A stretch of DNA of 63,846 bases, the filler included, from Guillardia theta CCMP2712 (taxonomy: Eukaryota > Protista > Cryptophyta), in NCBI RefSeq assembly GCF_000315625.1. It is 6 parts of 6 records of this genome, joined end to end, with 100 filler letters (N's around TTAATTAATTAA, not from the genome) between each part and the next. Parts side by side here need not be neighbours in the genome. Positions count along the whole stretch, not along the records: positions 1 to 25,957 come from NW_005434601.1; positions 26,058 to 51,210 come from NW_005434376.1; 4 more parts are not named here. One strand, given 5' to 3'. The notes under the pieces are model-generated. The model saw only the letters and a list, made by a program, of their open reading frames with translations. It ran no database searches and was not told the DNA's origin. A program made the position numbers and the translations under genes. Position 1 is the first letter of the stretch; every line of letters starts with the position of its first letter. Of this stretch, positions 13,601-28,942 are shown piece after piece.

Positions 13601-13685
13601 CAGGAACGGCAGAGTCATCTGCACATTCCCAGAAGAACTGGACCATGATGCTGGCCTGGCAAGTACGACCTGCGAGCAAAGACAT
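7904..13685 (-). CDS. PARP-catalytic-domain-like protein with coiled-coil and C-terminal extension; many exons, ends uncertain, may be more than one gene
   Basis: Spliced motifs in PARP order: SQEYKFVE, IDFIERVEN, SICKNGF, GDFGPGIYF, LLLCEVAVG, GFDSI, HVIYHPYQALPRYVVAF (about 12050-13260); coiled-coil exons 9780-11830. Confidence 0.65.
10983..11045. repeat. (GAACGA)n intronic microsatellite
   Basis: About 10 perfect hexamers. Confidence 0.95.
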
Positions 13686-14879
13686 TCATGACGAGATCTG
13701 CCTTCACATGCTCCAGACGATGATCAAACGCAACTATCATAGTTTTTCTGGAACCTTCAACTCTTTCCCTGTATCATCTGACCCATAGTCCGTAATGCTT
13801 TCCTTTACCCACACCTTCCTCTTTGTTCATCTTCGCTCTTGCCTTCCCCCTGACTTCCCTCCATACTCCTTCAAGAGCTCCTCCCTCCTTCCCATCTCTC
13901 CCCCCTCCCCCCCCCCCCTCCTCCATGTTCCTCTGCGCGGGCCTCGATCCTCGCTCGCCATTCCAGAAATTTGACAGCTTGACTACTGCCCTGTTCGTTA
14001 CTAATAAGACCGTTTATTCCTTTGTTGTGTCTTCTTGAAAATGTCTGAGGCAGGCTCTGGAGGGGGTACTGAACTTGCCCGGCGGGCACTGCGCCCGGGC
14101 CGGGCAAGTTCCCGGCGGGCCGGGCCGGTACAAGTCATGATGGCGTCTCTGAGTTGCTCCGAAACTTTGCAAGTAGCAAGTCACAGTATATTGCCGCACA
14201 GGCCCGATTTTTGCTAATCACCGCACACGAAACAGGGGCCTAGTTGAGGAGCACATGAGAGATAGACTGTCACGTTATGCTAGGGTGTTCAGAAAGCCTC
14301 GCAACACGTCAGGGTCGCCTTTGTTTTACAGGAGAGTTTTGTTAACTGGGGGCCGCAAGTATCCGAGCTTGACTGGCACGGCTCGCATGCGGCAGTGCGA
14401 TCCACTGAGTCTATCATCATCGGGCCCTGGCACTGGCAGTGACTGCTCTAACTCATAGTAGATCTGTATGATGAACTTCATAGAGTCGCAAGTCTCGGAA
14501 CTGTCACCAGGGGAGGCTGCGGCGCAGCCCGGTGCCCTCGCGGCGTCATCAGTCTGCCGCAGTGCACTGCGCCGGTGGGCCCGGGCCCGACGCGGCCAGC
14601 AGGCCCGGAAGCAGGAAACTTGAAACCGTGGCTACCTAACTGCCTCCCTGTCGATTACGAGGGTGGCCTTCTGCTTGGGCCATTTGAAAAGATCATTGGC
14701 TAAAGTTTACCATATGGCAAGCTATGTGTATTCTCAGTGCAGTATGCAAAGTCTACACAATTAGATGATATGAGTGTAGGTTCAAGAGCATGAGATCCAT
14801 TTCTTCAGCGTAGGGGAAGCACACAAAGGTACATTTTCTCCATTCAGTTTCAGACCAAAAACAAAGTTTATTGAATAAT

Positions 14880-15949
14880 CTATTCGTCACCAGCATCATC
14901 GTCATTCTGAAAAAAGCAATCAGCATCATAGTTTCCCTGACAATCTCTGAAAGTACCTCCTGGATGTTGTAATACTTGAGCTCGTATGTGGACTTGTTAG
15001 TGGACACAATACGCAAGAAATCCCTCATCTGCAAACGAGCGATCAGCAAAGAAGCTGTTAGTTGTCATTCGTCACCTGTAGCTTCTTCAAGAACTTCTTC
15101 GACAGATATTTAAGATATCTCTTGGAGAAGAGGCCCTCAGCCTTGTTGAATATCAGGGCAACCACATCTTCCGAGGTAAAGCACTTACGGTGACCACGAT
15201 CTTGCTCTTGTCTCGGCTGATTGCAACAGTGTCCCCCAAGTTGCCCGCTTTGCCGTCGACCTTGATCTTCTCCTTGAGGTACTTCTCCTGCAGACCCAAC
15301 CCGTCAGCCGGCCTCCAGAACTTGCAAACAGCGATGCTGCACTCACAAACTGGCTGGTGTCAAGGATGGAGTCCGTCTCGGCTGTGGTGCAGTCGATGAC
15401 AAACTTGTGTCCCTGCTTCTTCTTGGAGGCAGGACCTTTGCCCTTGACTGGTGCCTTCTTCTGCAATCCAAACATCAGTTTGGAGGCCCGTGGGAGCGCA
15501 TACGCTCCAAATATGGTTGTTCCATTCACATATTCCAAATAAACGCAAGCGAGAAGCAATCAAGAGAAAGGTGGGAAGTGCATGTCACTCGCGCAAGTGT
15601 AGTGTAATGTTGATGTTTCTCATCCGCGTGCACGAGGAGACTGTTCAGAGGTATTCCATGACAATCCATACATCGATGTGCAGAAATCAGGGAACAGATA
15701 CAGTTTTGCTAACAGAAACAGGGAACAAAACGATGACAACCAACAACATCAGGGTGTAATGTGTGCTGCAATCTTGGAAACATTAGCATTGCGTCGTGTA
15801 AAAGTGCTGTCAACCATGGAACCAGTCATCACAAGTGGTCTGCAGATACCATAGCAAAGAGTTACGATAGATAAACACTCGATCATCATAATGTGATCAT
15901 GGCGGAGCCGGCGAGCGCGAGCTGTTGATCCTACCTGTACAGGCGCCAT
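14880..15949 (-). CDS. RPL22: 60S ribosomal protein L22 (eL22)
   Basis: Exons MAPVQ / KKAPVKGKG...KFVIDCT...SQF / EKYLKEKIKVDGKAGNLG...VT / AEGLFSKRYLKYLSKKFLKKLQ / MRDFLRIVSTNKSTYELKYYNIQE / NDDDAGDE*. Confidence 0.95.
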
Positions 15950-17177
15950 TGCGGAGGGGGATGCACGAGGGAGCGAGGCAGATTTTTTTTTAAGGTGGTG
16001 ATTGGAGACCCCTCGAAAGCTTTCATTGGATATTTTGAAATAACACTAAACATTCTACATTAGTTGAATGAAATGAAATTATGTGTGATCTCCTGTGAAA
16101 ATTGGATGAGTAAATTCTTCATTGGCTACAGTTTTAAAAACGGTTCTGCCTCAAGAAAGAACATTTAAATACAATATAAACAAATTATTTTGTACTGTGT
16201 ATTTTGTTTTAAAGTAAAACTATTCTATTTCTCCCGCACGCGAGTGTCTACCCCCGTGACAATCCAGATTTTTCCGTCCTGCATGGTAGTATTCTTGAAC
16301 CCCCTACCATTGTTTTCAACATTCACTCATTATAATTTAAAAACTATTTTTCAATATTGAGTTACCTTCCATTTAGATAAATAATTATTAAATTCAATTA
16401 TGGTACATATATGTTTGGCATAATTTATTGGACACCTATCCTGTGTACCAACTTCGTTACAATATATTTATAAGGTTTGGGGTGGGGGTAGGGGGTAGGG
16501 TGGGGGTTCAAAAGATATATAACCGGTACTTTTCCCAGAATGAACCCGATGTTCTCTATCTGATCTGAGTGCCTACATGGGGTGGGGGGTTCATTTGGGG
16601 TTCGAAGACTACCCACCCCTTTTAGGAGTACAGCTGTCCCTGCAGAGAGAGGATGGCGCGGAAAATGCGAGTGGAGGTAGAAAGAGGACGTGGATGGGGG
16701 ATGAATGCCGGTTGGAAGCTGAGAAATGAAGGAAGCAAAACGATCATACTTGAAGGAGGGCGTGATGGTGTAGAGAGAATGAGGTTGAACAAATTGTGTC
16801 AGGGATTGATCGCATTCATAGAAGAGGAAGAAGTCCAAATGATAGAGAGTAAGGATGAAAATCGCAACTGTTGTGTATTTGATAAGGTAGAACGTAAAGC
16901 AAGCAAGAAGCAACAGCACGTTCAGGATTAGAATGATTGATAAGGTTGCATTGTCTGTGGGAATGCACTCACCATTGTGCAGGTGTAGCAGCTGACCAGG
17001 TCGAGGAGGCCAACCTGAACCACTCGTTCTATCGACGAGTATTGGTCTGTTTACTCCCGGAGAAACTGGTCAGAAATTTTTTCTCTGTTGCGCGATCTCT
17101 GGGAGTTGAGCATTTCTTTCACGGCCACAGTCGGGAAGACCGATAGTTTCTTTCGCTAATCGGTGCAATTGAGTCTA

Positions 17178-19622
<2,445 letters not shown>

Positions 19623-20292
19623 GCCGCTTTGAATTCATGGAGACCTATCGATGGCCAACGCACGAAGAGCTTCATCGGATGTCGTGCGACCACACCTGAG
19701 CTTTCGACCTTCTTTGTTTCGACGTTGCACAAGATCCTAGAATTTGTACGTGCATATCCTGACTACGAACTTTTGGTTAGTGGCAATGATAAGCGAGTGC
19801 ATTAACCTCGTTTTTCATTGCCACAGATCATCAACCCGTCGGGCAAGGGGCAATCAGCTCGGAGTCGGAGAGAATATTCAGTAGGGTAATAGATGTGAAT
19901 GCCCACTTTGATGTGCTATCTTTGATGGCTGACCTCTATGTTCTCCATCTCCTGTCGAGCGAGGAGAGTCTGCGATCTTCACGGACACTCTATCCGGCGA
20001 GGAGCGACGGAGATGGAGACGAGCGGCTCACGGTGGAGGGTTGGCGATTGATGTGTGTTCTCTTCTGTTGATAGACTCTAGCATTGCCTGGGATGGGTGA
20101 TCAGACTGTGTTGTTGTCTGTCAATCAAAATTGTTGAGCTGAGGGATGTATGGATGAGGGTTGTGAATGTTCCACCCGCTCTTGGCTGTGCGTCTCCCAG
20201 TAATCCGCTGAGAAGATTTAAATCTCTTGGTTGCAGGAAATACAAATAAACATGTTGAAATACAAATCCTTGCAGACAGACGGACCTTAGGC

Positions 20293-23200
20293 TCAGCTGT
20301 CGCTCTTGAGAATCTCTTGGAGCTGGTGAATGTGAACTCGAGCAAGGCCGTTTCGTACGACTGAGAAGCATTCTTGATTGGAAACAGGCCGGATCAAGTC
20401 CAAGTGTCCCCATACCTGACTCGCAGGCCTCCCATGTACTGCATCTCCGCAGCTCCACTGCACGCTGATCTCACTTGAGGAACTAGGAAGGAGATAAACC
20501 TGAAAGCCTGAGGGCCAGGCCGATGCAGAGGCGAGGGAGGATGTGCCATCCCTTGAGGAAGCACTGCGACGGTCTTGAGGTGCTGGCGGGTAAAAGGAAC
20601 TCTCACCTGATCCCAACACCAGCACAGTGGCTGCATGCCGAGGTAGCCTGCAAGGCCTGTGTCCAGCCATGGCTCGAAGAGCAAGGCGACGCCTTCCTCA
20701 GCTTGTTTGTCGTCCTTGAAGCCCTCGCCTCCTGCCTTCAAGTCATCCTGTGCCAAGGACTGAGCTGACTGACCCTTCCTCTTGTCGGCCATGTAGAGCT
20801 TGGCGAGGAGTGCGGCGAGAGGTTCGTCCATGCTCTTGATCTGCTCGGCCGTTACCTGTGGCCCCTCCCCCACGCTCTCGGACCTTGCGTGTCATGCTGA
20901 TCGCTTGCTCGTGGAGTGCCTCTCCGTGAAGGATCAGCTTGTCAACCTGCAGGCAGGTCAACTGCCGCCCGTCCTCATCTCCTCAACCTCCATCAAGCAC
21001 GCGAGCCACCAGCAGAAGTCTTTCTCCTCAGGATGCTTGCACTGAGAGTGCACAGTCAGCTTGAGGGAGAGGGAGAGGGAGAGGGAGAGGGAGAGGGAGA
21101 GGGAGAGGGAGAGGGAGAAGAGGGGAGAGGGAGGGGAGAGGAGGCGAGTGAGCGAGTGGGTGAGTGAATGAGGGAGGGAGGGCACGATATCAAAGAATGA
21201 GGACGAGGAGCTGTCAAGCACACAGGAAAGACTCTGAAGATGGGTCCCAGGAGGAGGAGGTGGCGTTCAAACTTTGCTTTCTGCGAGGAGGAAGTCAGAG
21301 TCGGGTGGTCAGTGGGCATGAACCTTTCCTGCCCAGTGATGAGATGGAGGCGGAGGAGGACGGAGCAGGCGCTGTTGACAGCCCCTGGAGGACGGGGGTG
21401 AGGGACCAAGAGGAGGAGGAGGAAGGAGAAGGGAGACCAGAAGTTCCAACTTCACTCATCACTTGATGAGAAGAGTACATCTCTGTCCCTGTGCGGAAGA
21501 TAATGGGACGCAACGAATTCTTCTCGACGTCCTCCAAGGACTGTCCAGCCTTGTCCAGCTGCCGGAGGACTGAGCAGGAAGAAGACAGGAGAGGACAGGG
21601 GAGGAAGGGAGGGGAGGAAGGGGAGGGGAGGAGAAGGGGAGGAGTAAGAGGGAGAGGAGAAGCGAGGACAGGAGGGGAGGATGGGAGGACGAAACCGGAC
21701 CTTCTTGGACAGGGTGGTTCCAATCTCAACGTATTTGGCAGGTCCGCCTGAATGATTATCACCAAGGATAAAAATGATGCAGAAAGGACAATCGACGGAG
21801 GAGGAGGTAGCAGAAAAGGTAGAGGTGGAGAGAAGGTAGAGAGGAAAAGGATGGGGAGGAGGACAGGAAGCAGCAACGATGGAGAGATGTCAAAAGAGTT
21901 CAAGGACAAATGAGGATGGCGCGCCAGCGAGGAGCAAAGCATTCTTGCCTAACTTGAATCTCCAGATGTGAGCTCGCAACGGCTCTGTGAGACAGAGAGC
22001 GTGAGGACGACGAGGATGAAATTCTTTCCTCTTCACCGGGGAGCAGCATGCCGGACAAGGACTGCATGTGCTGCTCCTGCATGTTGCCTCTCTTCAACCC
22101 CTCTCGCATCCTCGGCTTGCCAAGGCACCTGAACGTGCGGCTGCTGCAACCAGATCGCTGCAAGGGCCGCCCCGACAGAGTTTCTCGTCTGACGCGAGAT
22201 GTCAAGAGTAGCCAAGATAGTGGAAGCAAAAGAGAACAGCATGAGGATAATGGAAAGGAGGATAATGGAAAGGAGGATAAGGGAAAGGGGGAGGAGGATG
22301 AGGAGGAAGGAGGAAGGTGGTGGTGGTGGTGGAGGAGCAGGAGGAAGGTGGAAGGTGGTGGTGGTGGTGGTGGAGGAGGAGGAGGAGGAGGAGGAAGGTG
22401 GAAGGTGGTGGAGGAAGAGGAAGGTGGAAGGAGGAGGTTGAGAACTCGCCTCCTCCTTGAGCTCGCTCATGGAATTGTAGGCCTCTCGTTTACCAAGGAG
22501 ATGTCGTCGGAGGTTCTGTTTCAATCTCGACTCTATGCTCCTGTGATACATGAGATCAACATGAACTTGAGCACATTTATGCGTTGAGGCGCAAAAATCA
22601 GTGAGAGGAGGACGGAGATTGAAAAATGAGGGAGAGGAGGAGTAGAGTTGCGGGGATGGCAATAGCAGAGGGGGGGAGGGGGAGGAGAGGAGAGGCAGGG
22701 CAGAGGAGGAGAGGAGAGACTTGAAGGCTTGAGAGGGGTCAGGGTGGGGAGCAAGGGCATAGATAGAGGAGACGGATGTCTTGAGTTTGACCACCTCTCA
22801 AGCTGACTCGTCATCTCGTTCGGCAGATTCTCCACCTCCTCGATCAAATTTTGCCTGGTCTGTTGGTCTTGGGTGAGAGGACGAGGAGAAGGAGGACGGG
22901 AGGACGGGATTTGTTCGCACCTGCTCGATGAGCGTGTCTCTGTCTGCAGAAGAGCTTGCAAGGACGTCAGTTGACAGGTACCAAGGTGCACCGTCCTCAC
23001 ATGAAGGGAGGAAGCAGGAACGAAGGCGCAACCTCTACATCTGGCAGGTTCTTCGCGGCCCATGACTCGCCGAGGAGATGGATCGCCGCCTGAACTCCTT
23101 GTGACTGCAACACGATCAGCATCATGCGGAAGAGATGGCGATGGAGATCATAAACAGATGGAGGTCGTGATGTTGGTGGTGGTGTTGGTGTTGGTGCGGC

Positions 23201-23577
23201 TGTGATGGCGACGACGACGACAATGACGACAATGTCGATGACGATGACGATGATGATGATGATGATGATGATGATGAGGTGGTGGTGGTGGTGAAGGAGG
23301 AGGAGGAGGAGGAGGAGGAGGAGGAGGACGCCAAGGATTTCTCATCATGTTGGGTGGGCCGGGAATGAGAACAAGTAGATGGAGCGTCAGGTATCACCGA
23401 AGGAGCAACCCGGAGTTGGATGTAGTCTCTGATCAGTTCGTCCAACTTTTGCTCAGCCTCTCCGAACACGCCCGTGTCCAGAGCAACCTCTTGCTCAGCC
23501 GTTTTCAACCATGCCGCATCTTGGTGCTGGTCTGCGCCATCTTGATCGAACTTGAAGGAGCTTGAGGAGGACTCCAT
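20293..23577 (-). CDS. Multi-exon protein, possibly Rab-GAP/TBC-like at the C-terminus
   Basis: Start MESSSSSFKFDQ; exons separated by microsatellite introns; LFEPWLDTGLAGYLGMQPLCWCWDQ resembles the TBC W..F...L.......WD motif; 3' end approximate. Confidence 0.4.
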
Positions 23578-24186
23578 CTCATCAACACCGCATGGAGCTG
23601 AGAGCCCTTTGTCCTGTCCTGTCCTGTCCTGTCCTGTCCTGTCCTGTACGATGTTTCTCCCTGCTCCGTTTTGCCCTGGTTGTTTGCTGCTGCCCTTTCC
23701 CTTCCCTCAACCGGAGGAAACAAATAGTCACAATACTTTTCTGCCTTTGATATTTTTCTATTGATACAACGAGGCAGACTCGATATTTTGAAAGTTCAAA
23801 AAAGGAAGAAAAAAGAAAAAAAAATATGAAGGGGGAAGAGCGAAAAAAGATGAGGGAGGAGGAGGAGGAGGAGGAGGAGGAGGGGGAAGGAGGAAGGAAG
23901 AGGGAGGGAAGAGAGGAAAGGATGTTGTGGATAACATTAGTTTCACAGTGCTATGTTTCTTCATGCCGGCTGTCGTGAAGCGACGGCGGTTGGATTGAGA
24001 AATGGCGGGAAGCGAAGAGGGAGGATAGGAGAGCAAGTGAGTCAAGCGGGGAAGGCAAGTAAAGGCGCTGATGAAGGAAGGAGGAACCTCCAGCAGTAAG
24101 AGGACGAGAGCAGCATGGCAGAGGAACGCTTGAGCTTTTCCCGCATCCTCACCTTCCAATGGCGCGCAGGTTGAAATTCCTCAGCC

Positions 24187-24936
24187 ATGGCGCCGGTGCC
24201 ATTGACGTCCAAGAAAGATCCCGAGTGCGTGAAGGTAAGTCGTGTTGACCTGAAGATGCTTGTCTGATCCCTCGGGTGCCCGAAGGTGGTGGTAAGATGC
24301 CGTCCCATGTCAAGGAAGGAGGTGGAGGACCAGCGGTATGGAACCGAGTATCCACAGCCTGTTGTCCGACTCTGACTTGCAAACATGAAGAATCCGCATC
24401 GTCGAAATGGACACGAAGACGGGAGAAGTCTGGCTGAAGAACCCTGAAGGTTGATGCAAGCAAAACCCCACCCTTTTCCTCCCTCTCCCTCTCCCGTCTC
24501 ACCGTTTGCCTCTACAGACACGAGAGAGCAACCGAAGCCTTTCACTTTCGATCAAGTCTCTACGTCTCCCTCCTCTCGTTGCCCCTTGACATGTCGGCAG
24601 GTGTATGATCACGCGACAGACCAACAGTTCCTCTTCGAGACCACAGCAAGACCCATCGTCGACTCAGTTGTACAGGTAGGCGATTTCTTGCAGTAGAGAA
24701 ATAGTCAGCTGATTTCAATGTCCTCCTCCTCCTCCTCCTCCTCCTCCTCCTCCTCCTCCTCCTCCTCCTCCTCCTCCTTGTCTACCTCATTGTCGTCCTC
24801 TACTCCCAACTCTTTTACCTTCGCAGGGATACAACGGAACCGTCTTTGCATACGGACAGACAGGAACGGGGAAGACACACACGATGGAAGGATTGTGGGA
24901 ACCCGCCGAGATGAGAGGTAGACGAGGAGAACAAGG

Positions 24937-24989
<53 letters not shown>

Positions 24990-25778
24990 TCCTAACTGTA
25001 CGTGCCAGGTATCATTCCCCGCTCCTTCTGTCATATCTTCGAAAGCATAGAGGTCACCCACGATCAGGTCAGTCGATGCATGTCGGCGAGGTGGGCCCGT
25101 GACCCCTGGCTCGTTCGCTGCAGAACTTCCTTGTCCGGGCCTCGTACCTCGAGATCTACAACGAGGAAGTACGAGACTTGCTGTCCAAGGACCCGAAGAA
25201 CAAGCTTGAACTCAAGGAGGACGTCGAGCGGGGGGTGTACGGTAACACTCCCAAGGCCCTGGCTCGACCTTGCTCTGATGGCTGGTGGTGCAGTGAAGGA
25301 CCTCACATCCTACGTGGTGAAGGGCGTGACTGAGATGGAGAACGTGCTGCTTGCGGGGAAGAAAAACCGTTCGGTTGGAGCTACTTTGATGAATCAGGCA
25401 TGTCTGCATGTCGAGAACTTTGAATAACCCGCGTTGTCTCACTTTCCTTTTGATTTTCTTCATACCTCCTCTCCCACTACTCTCATCCTTCCTCCTCCTC
25501 CGTCCTCCGTCCTCCTCCGTCCTCCCTCCCCTTGCCTCCCTCCTTCTCCCTCCTCTTTGCTCCTCCTTTCCCTCCTCCTGCAGGATTCTTCCAGGTCCCA
25601 CAGCATCTTCACCATCATCATCGAGAGTTCGGCAACGCACGCAGATGGGTCGAAGCATATCCGAGCGGGAAAGGTGACTTGATCGCACGCTACCGACGTC
25701 AAGAGTGATGGGCGACGTTGTAGTTGAACCTGGTCGATCTGGCGGGCAGTGAGCGACAGAGCAAGACTGGAGCAACTG
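24187..25778 (+). CDS. Kinesin-2 (KIF3/FLA8/FLA10-like) motor domain, 5' part only, cut by gap
   Basis: [98 protein letters not shown]. Confidence 0.93.
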
Positions 25779-26056
25779 GTTAGACTGCTGCTCTCCTTGC
25801 CCCAGCACTTCCCCTCCCTCCTCTCTTCGTTTTTTCTCGGAAAATTTCTCCTTGCCCCATTTCCTGTCGCCCTCTGCCCTCAACCAGCCTCTTGCGATGC
25901 TTCCACTCTCGTCCCATTTCGTCGTCGTCGTCCTCCTCCTCCTCCTCCTCCTCCTCCNNNNNNNNNNNNNNNNNNNNNNNNNNNNNNNNNNNNNNNNNNN
26001 NTTAATTAATTAANNNNNNNNNNNNNNNNNNNNNNNNNNNNNNNNNNNNNNNNNNN

Positions 26057-27614
26057 NGTGCCAGCAGCTCTACGCTCGGGTCGCGCACGTCTCTTGCTCT
26101 TGTCTTCATTCACACCCCTACACCTACTCGTACATACATGCCTACATCCTATCTACATGCTCCTCGCGGAGCTGAGCCTTGGGCCCTCACTCATGCGAGC
26201 GTGATCTTGCTGCCTTGCTCGATCGCCCCGGAGCCTGCCGCCTTGCTCCTGGCGGCCATGACGCTCCCCAGCAGAAGCGCTGGCGTGGCAGCGGCCTTTC
26301 TTGCCGTGGTCGCGATGTCGTCTGGGCTGGGAGACGTGGAGGGGAAGGCGAGGGGGCTCCNNNNNNNNNNNNNNNNNNNNNNNNNNNNNNNNNNNNNNNN
26401 NNNNNNNNNNNNNNNNNNNNNNNNNNNNNNNNNNNNNNNNNNNNNNNNNNNNNNNNNNNNGACCATGCAGAGACATGGGCGATCTTGATGGTAGAGCGGG
26501 GGGCGGGGAGGGGAGACATGGCTGCGCGAGCGAGGGGAGGGGAGGGAGCGTGAGGGGAGGGGAGGGAGTCTGTAAGTACGAGGAAAGGAGGGGGGAAAGC
26601 TTCATGTCTCGTGGCGTGTTACGGAGGTCTGCATGTCTAAAAGGTTTTAGAGGATATGGGGCGACTCCTTTAAATGGAGCTTTAGAAGGATCTAGAGCAT
26701 GCTCTGTAAGGCTTCTTAGACCTAGACCTCCGCTGGGTCACGATGTGGGGATGCAAAAGGTTTTAGCAGATGTGAGGAAGGCTTCATATCTCACTGCTTC
26801 AGCGGACGATCAAGACCTGCGTAACCACAGGGTACTACACTCAGGACTACAAGTGTAGTCCGAGTGTAGTTACAAGTGTAGTCCGGGCCGAGTGTAGATA
26901 GAAGTGTAGTCCGAGTGTAATTCCCCCAATCCCTGTGGTCACGCAGGGTCTTGATCGTCCGCTGAAGCAGTGAGATATGAAGCCTTCCTCACGTCTGCTA
27001 AAACCTTTTGTATCTCCACATCGTGATCTAGCGGAGGTCTAGGTCTAAGAAGCCTTACAGAGCATGCTCTAGATCCTTCTAAAGCTCCATTTAAAGGAGT
27101 CGCCCCATATCCTCTAAAACCTTTTAGACATGCAGACCTCCGTAACACGCCACGAGACATGAAGCTTTCCCCCCTCCTTTCCTCGTACTTACAGACTCCC
27201 TCCCCTCCCCTCTCGCTCCCTCCCCTCCCCTCGCTCGCGCAGCCATGTCTCCCCTCCCCGCCCCCCGCTCTACCATCAAGATCGCCCATGTCTCTGCATG
27301 GTCCGTCAAGCGGAGCCCCCTCGCCTTCCCCTCCACGTCTCCCAGCCCAGACGACATCGCGACCACGGCAAGAAAGGCCGCTGCCACGCCAGCGCTTCTG
27401 CTGGGGAGCGTCATGGCCGCCAGGAGCAAGGCGGCAGGCTCCGGGGCGATCGAGCAAGGCAGCAAGATCACGCTCGCATGAGTGAGGGCCCAAGGCTCAG
27501 CTCCGCGAGGAGCATGTAGATAGGATGTAGGCATGTATGTACGAGTAGGTGTAGGGGTGTGAATGAAGACAAGAGCAAGAGACGTGCGCGACCCGAGCGT
27601 AGAGCTGCTGGCAC
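26057..27614. repeat. Large inverted repeat (arms about 26057-26832 and 26931-27614)
   Basis: Arms are near-identical reverse complements; the same ORFs appear on both strands in the ORF track. Confidence 0.95.
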
Positions 27615-27767
27615 GGGATCTGGCTGGTATCAGAGATGAAGGGACCAGGGTGATGTCAGAGCACCCGCCGTCATCATCTGCATCCAAAGTCGAGCTGTCT
27701 GCAGGCATCAGCCTGAGCGATGCGATCTGGCCCCTCCTCCTTCCTTTCCTTCGCCTCCCCCCTCAAG

Positions 27768-28210
27768 CCATCCGTATCGTATACACCAGGATCAAGAAGA
27801 AATCTGGACCCTCTGTCCCTTCGTTCTGCAGACTCACCCTCCTTGAGCAACCAACTTGACAACCGACCCTGTCATTGATCCACCTCGAACCATTGATCAC
27901 AATTCTCTTGATTCTGATCTATGGGCCCCTGTCTATCCTATCCTATTCTACCCCGGGGAACAATGTTTTGCCAAGGCATTCATAATTTTGAGCGCTTTCA
28001 TTTCAACCACATGACTTTCTTCATCTCATCTCATCGCATCTCATCATTTCTTTCTCATTCAATTTTGGCCATTCGATTTCATCTTTGTAACTACCGGCAT
28101 GGGTTCCATAGATCAGGATGAGTGAGTTCCTAACATACTAACCTGCCTTCTTTCCACCTTCATGTGACGGGTGAGAGCAGGGGATCTCGCTGTCGGCGCT
28201 CAAGAACGCC
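27768..28210 (+). pseudogene. Degenerate inverted RWP-RK gene relic
   Basis: IRIVYTRIKKK...FCRLTL (stop soon after) and QGISLSALKNA match the two exons of the minus-strand gene at 29.0-29.3 kb; the RWP motif is missing. Confidence 0.75.
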
Positions 28211-28942
28211 ATGCTGAGCTTGCAGAGCGATCACGTTAGCGGACATGTATCAATCAGTCATACTCGTGTTTTAGTTTGTCTTGGCGACTCAGGACTCGAG
28301 GCGTTGTTGGAGGTTTTGAGGTCATGCAGACAGGCTGATTTGCCAGGCGCATTCCCAGCAGATCTGATTGAGAGGATGATCTAGCTGGAGGCTTCTTGAG
28401 CTACAGCAGTCTACTCCAGCATCTACTCCAGCAATGTGACTCAGCTGCAATATGCTTACGAAGACAGACGGAAAACGGCATTCCTGGAGTCTCGAACAGC
28501 AATCCTTCATGTTGTCCAGCTGTCTTATACTTGCCAACCCCTCATGCCGCGCCATTAGGCTGATGTTGTCTGCCACTGTGGTATGGCATCCTTGACAGCA
28601 CATACAAGCTCTCGTGTCATCTTTATTTCAGGAGATCATTCAATGCAATCTTAGCTCCTCTGTCCTCTCAGGCGTCGCATCATCCAATCATGTTCCTCCT
28701 TCCCTCCACCCCTTCCGCCTCCCTTCTTGTTACTCTCTACGGGCTTCAAACCCCCTCCTCCTCCAGTCCCATCCCCATGTACCACTCGATCCACCCTGCC
28801 TCAAGCCCCTCCCACAATCCCACCCCCTCTCGTGCCCCTCCCTCCAACCCCTCCTCCTCCTCGAGCCTTATCTCCCACCCTCCTTCATACTTCTCCTCCC
28901 TCTCATCGCCCACCTGCACAGCCCTCTCCCCTCCCCCTGACG

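Noticed and set aside
15540-15705. U2 snRNA-like words (GTATCTGTTC, GCTTCTCG) in the RPL22 intron
   Set aside because: Short and in the wrong order for a U2 gene
16653-17146. Short ORFs upstream of PRP4 kinase
   Set aside because: No recognisable motif; cannot distinguish a small gene from UTR
26002-26013. TTAATTAATTAA inside N gaps (also near 51255, 58724, 60811, 62779)
   Set aside because: Artificial all-frame-stop scaffolding linker, not biology; the copy at 35739-35750 outside a gap may be natural or residual
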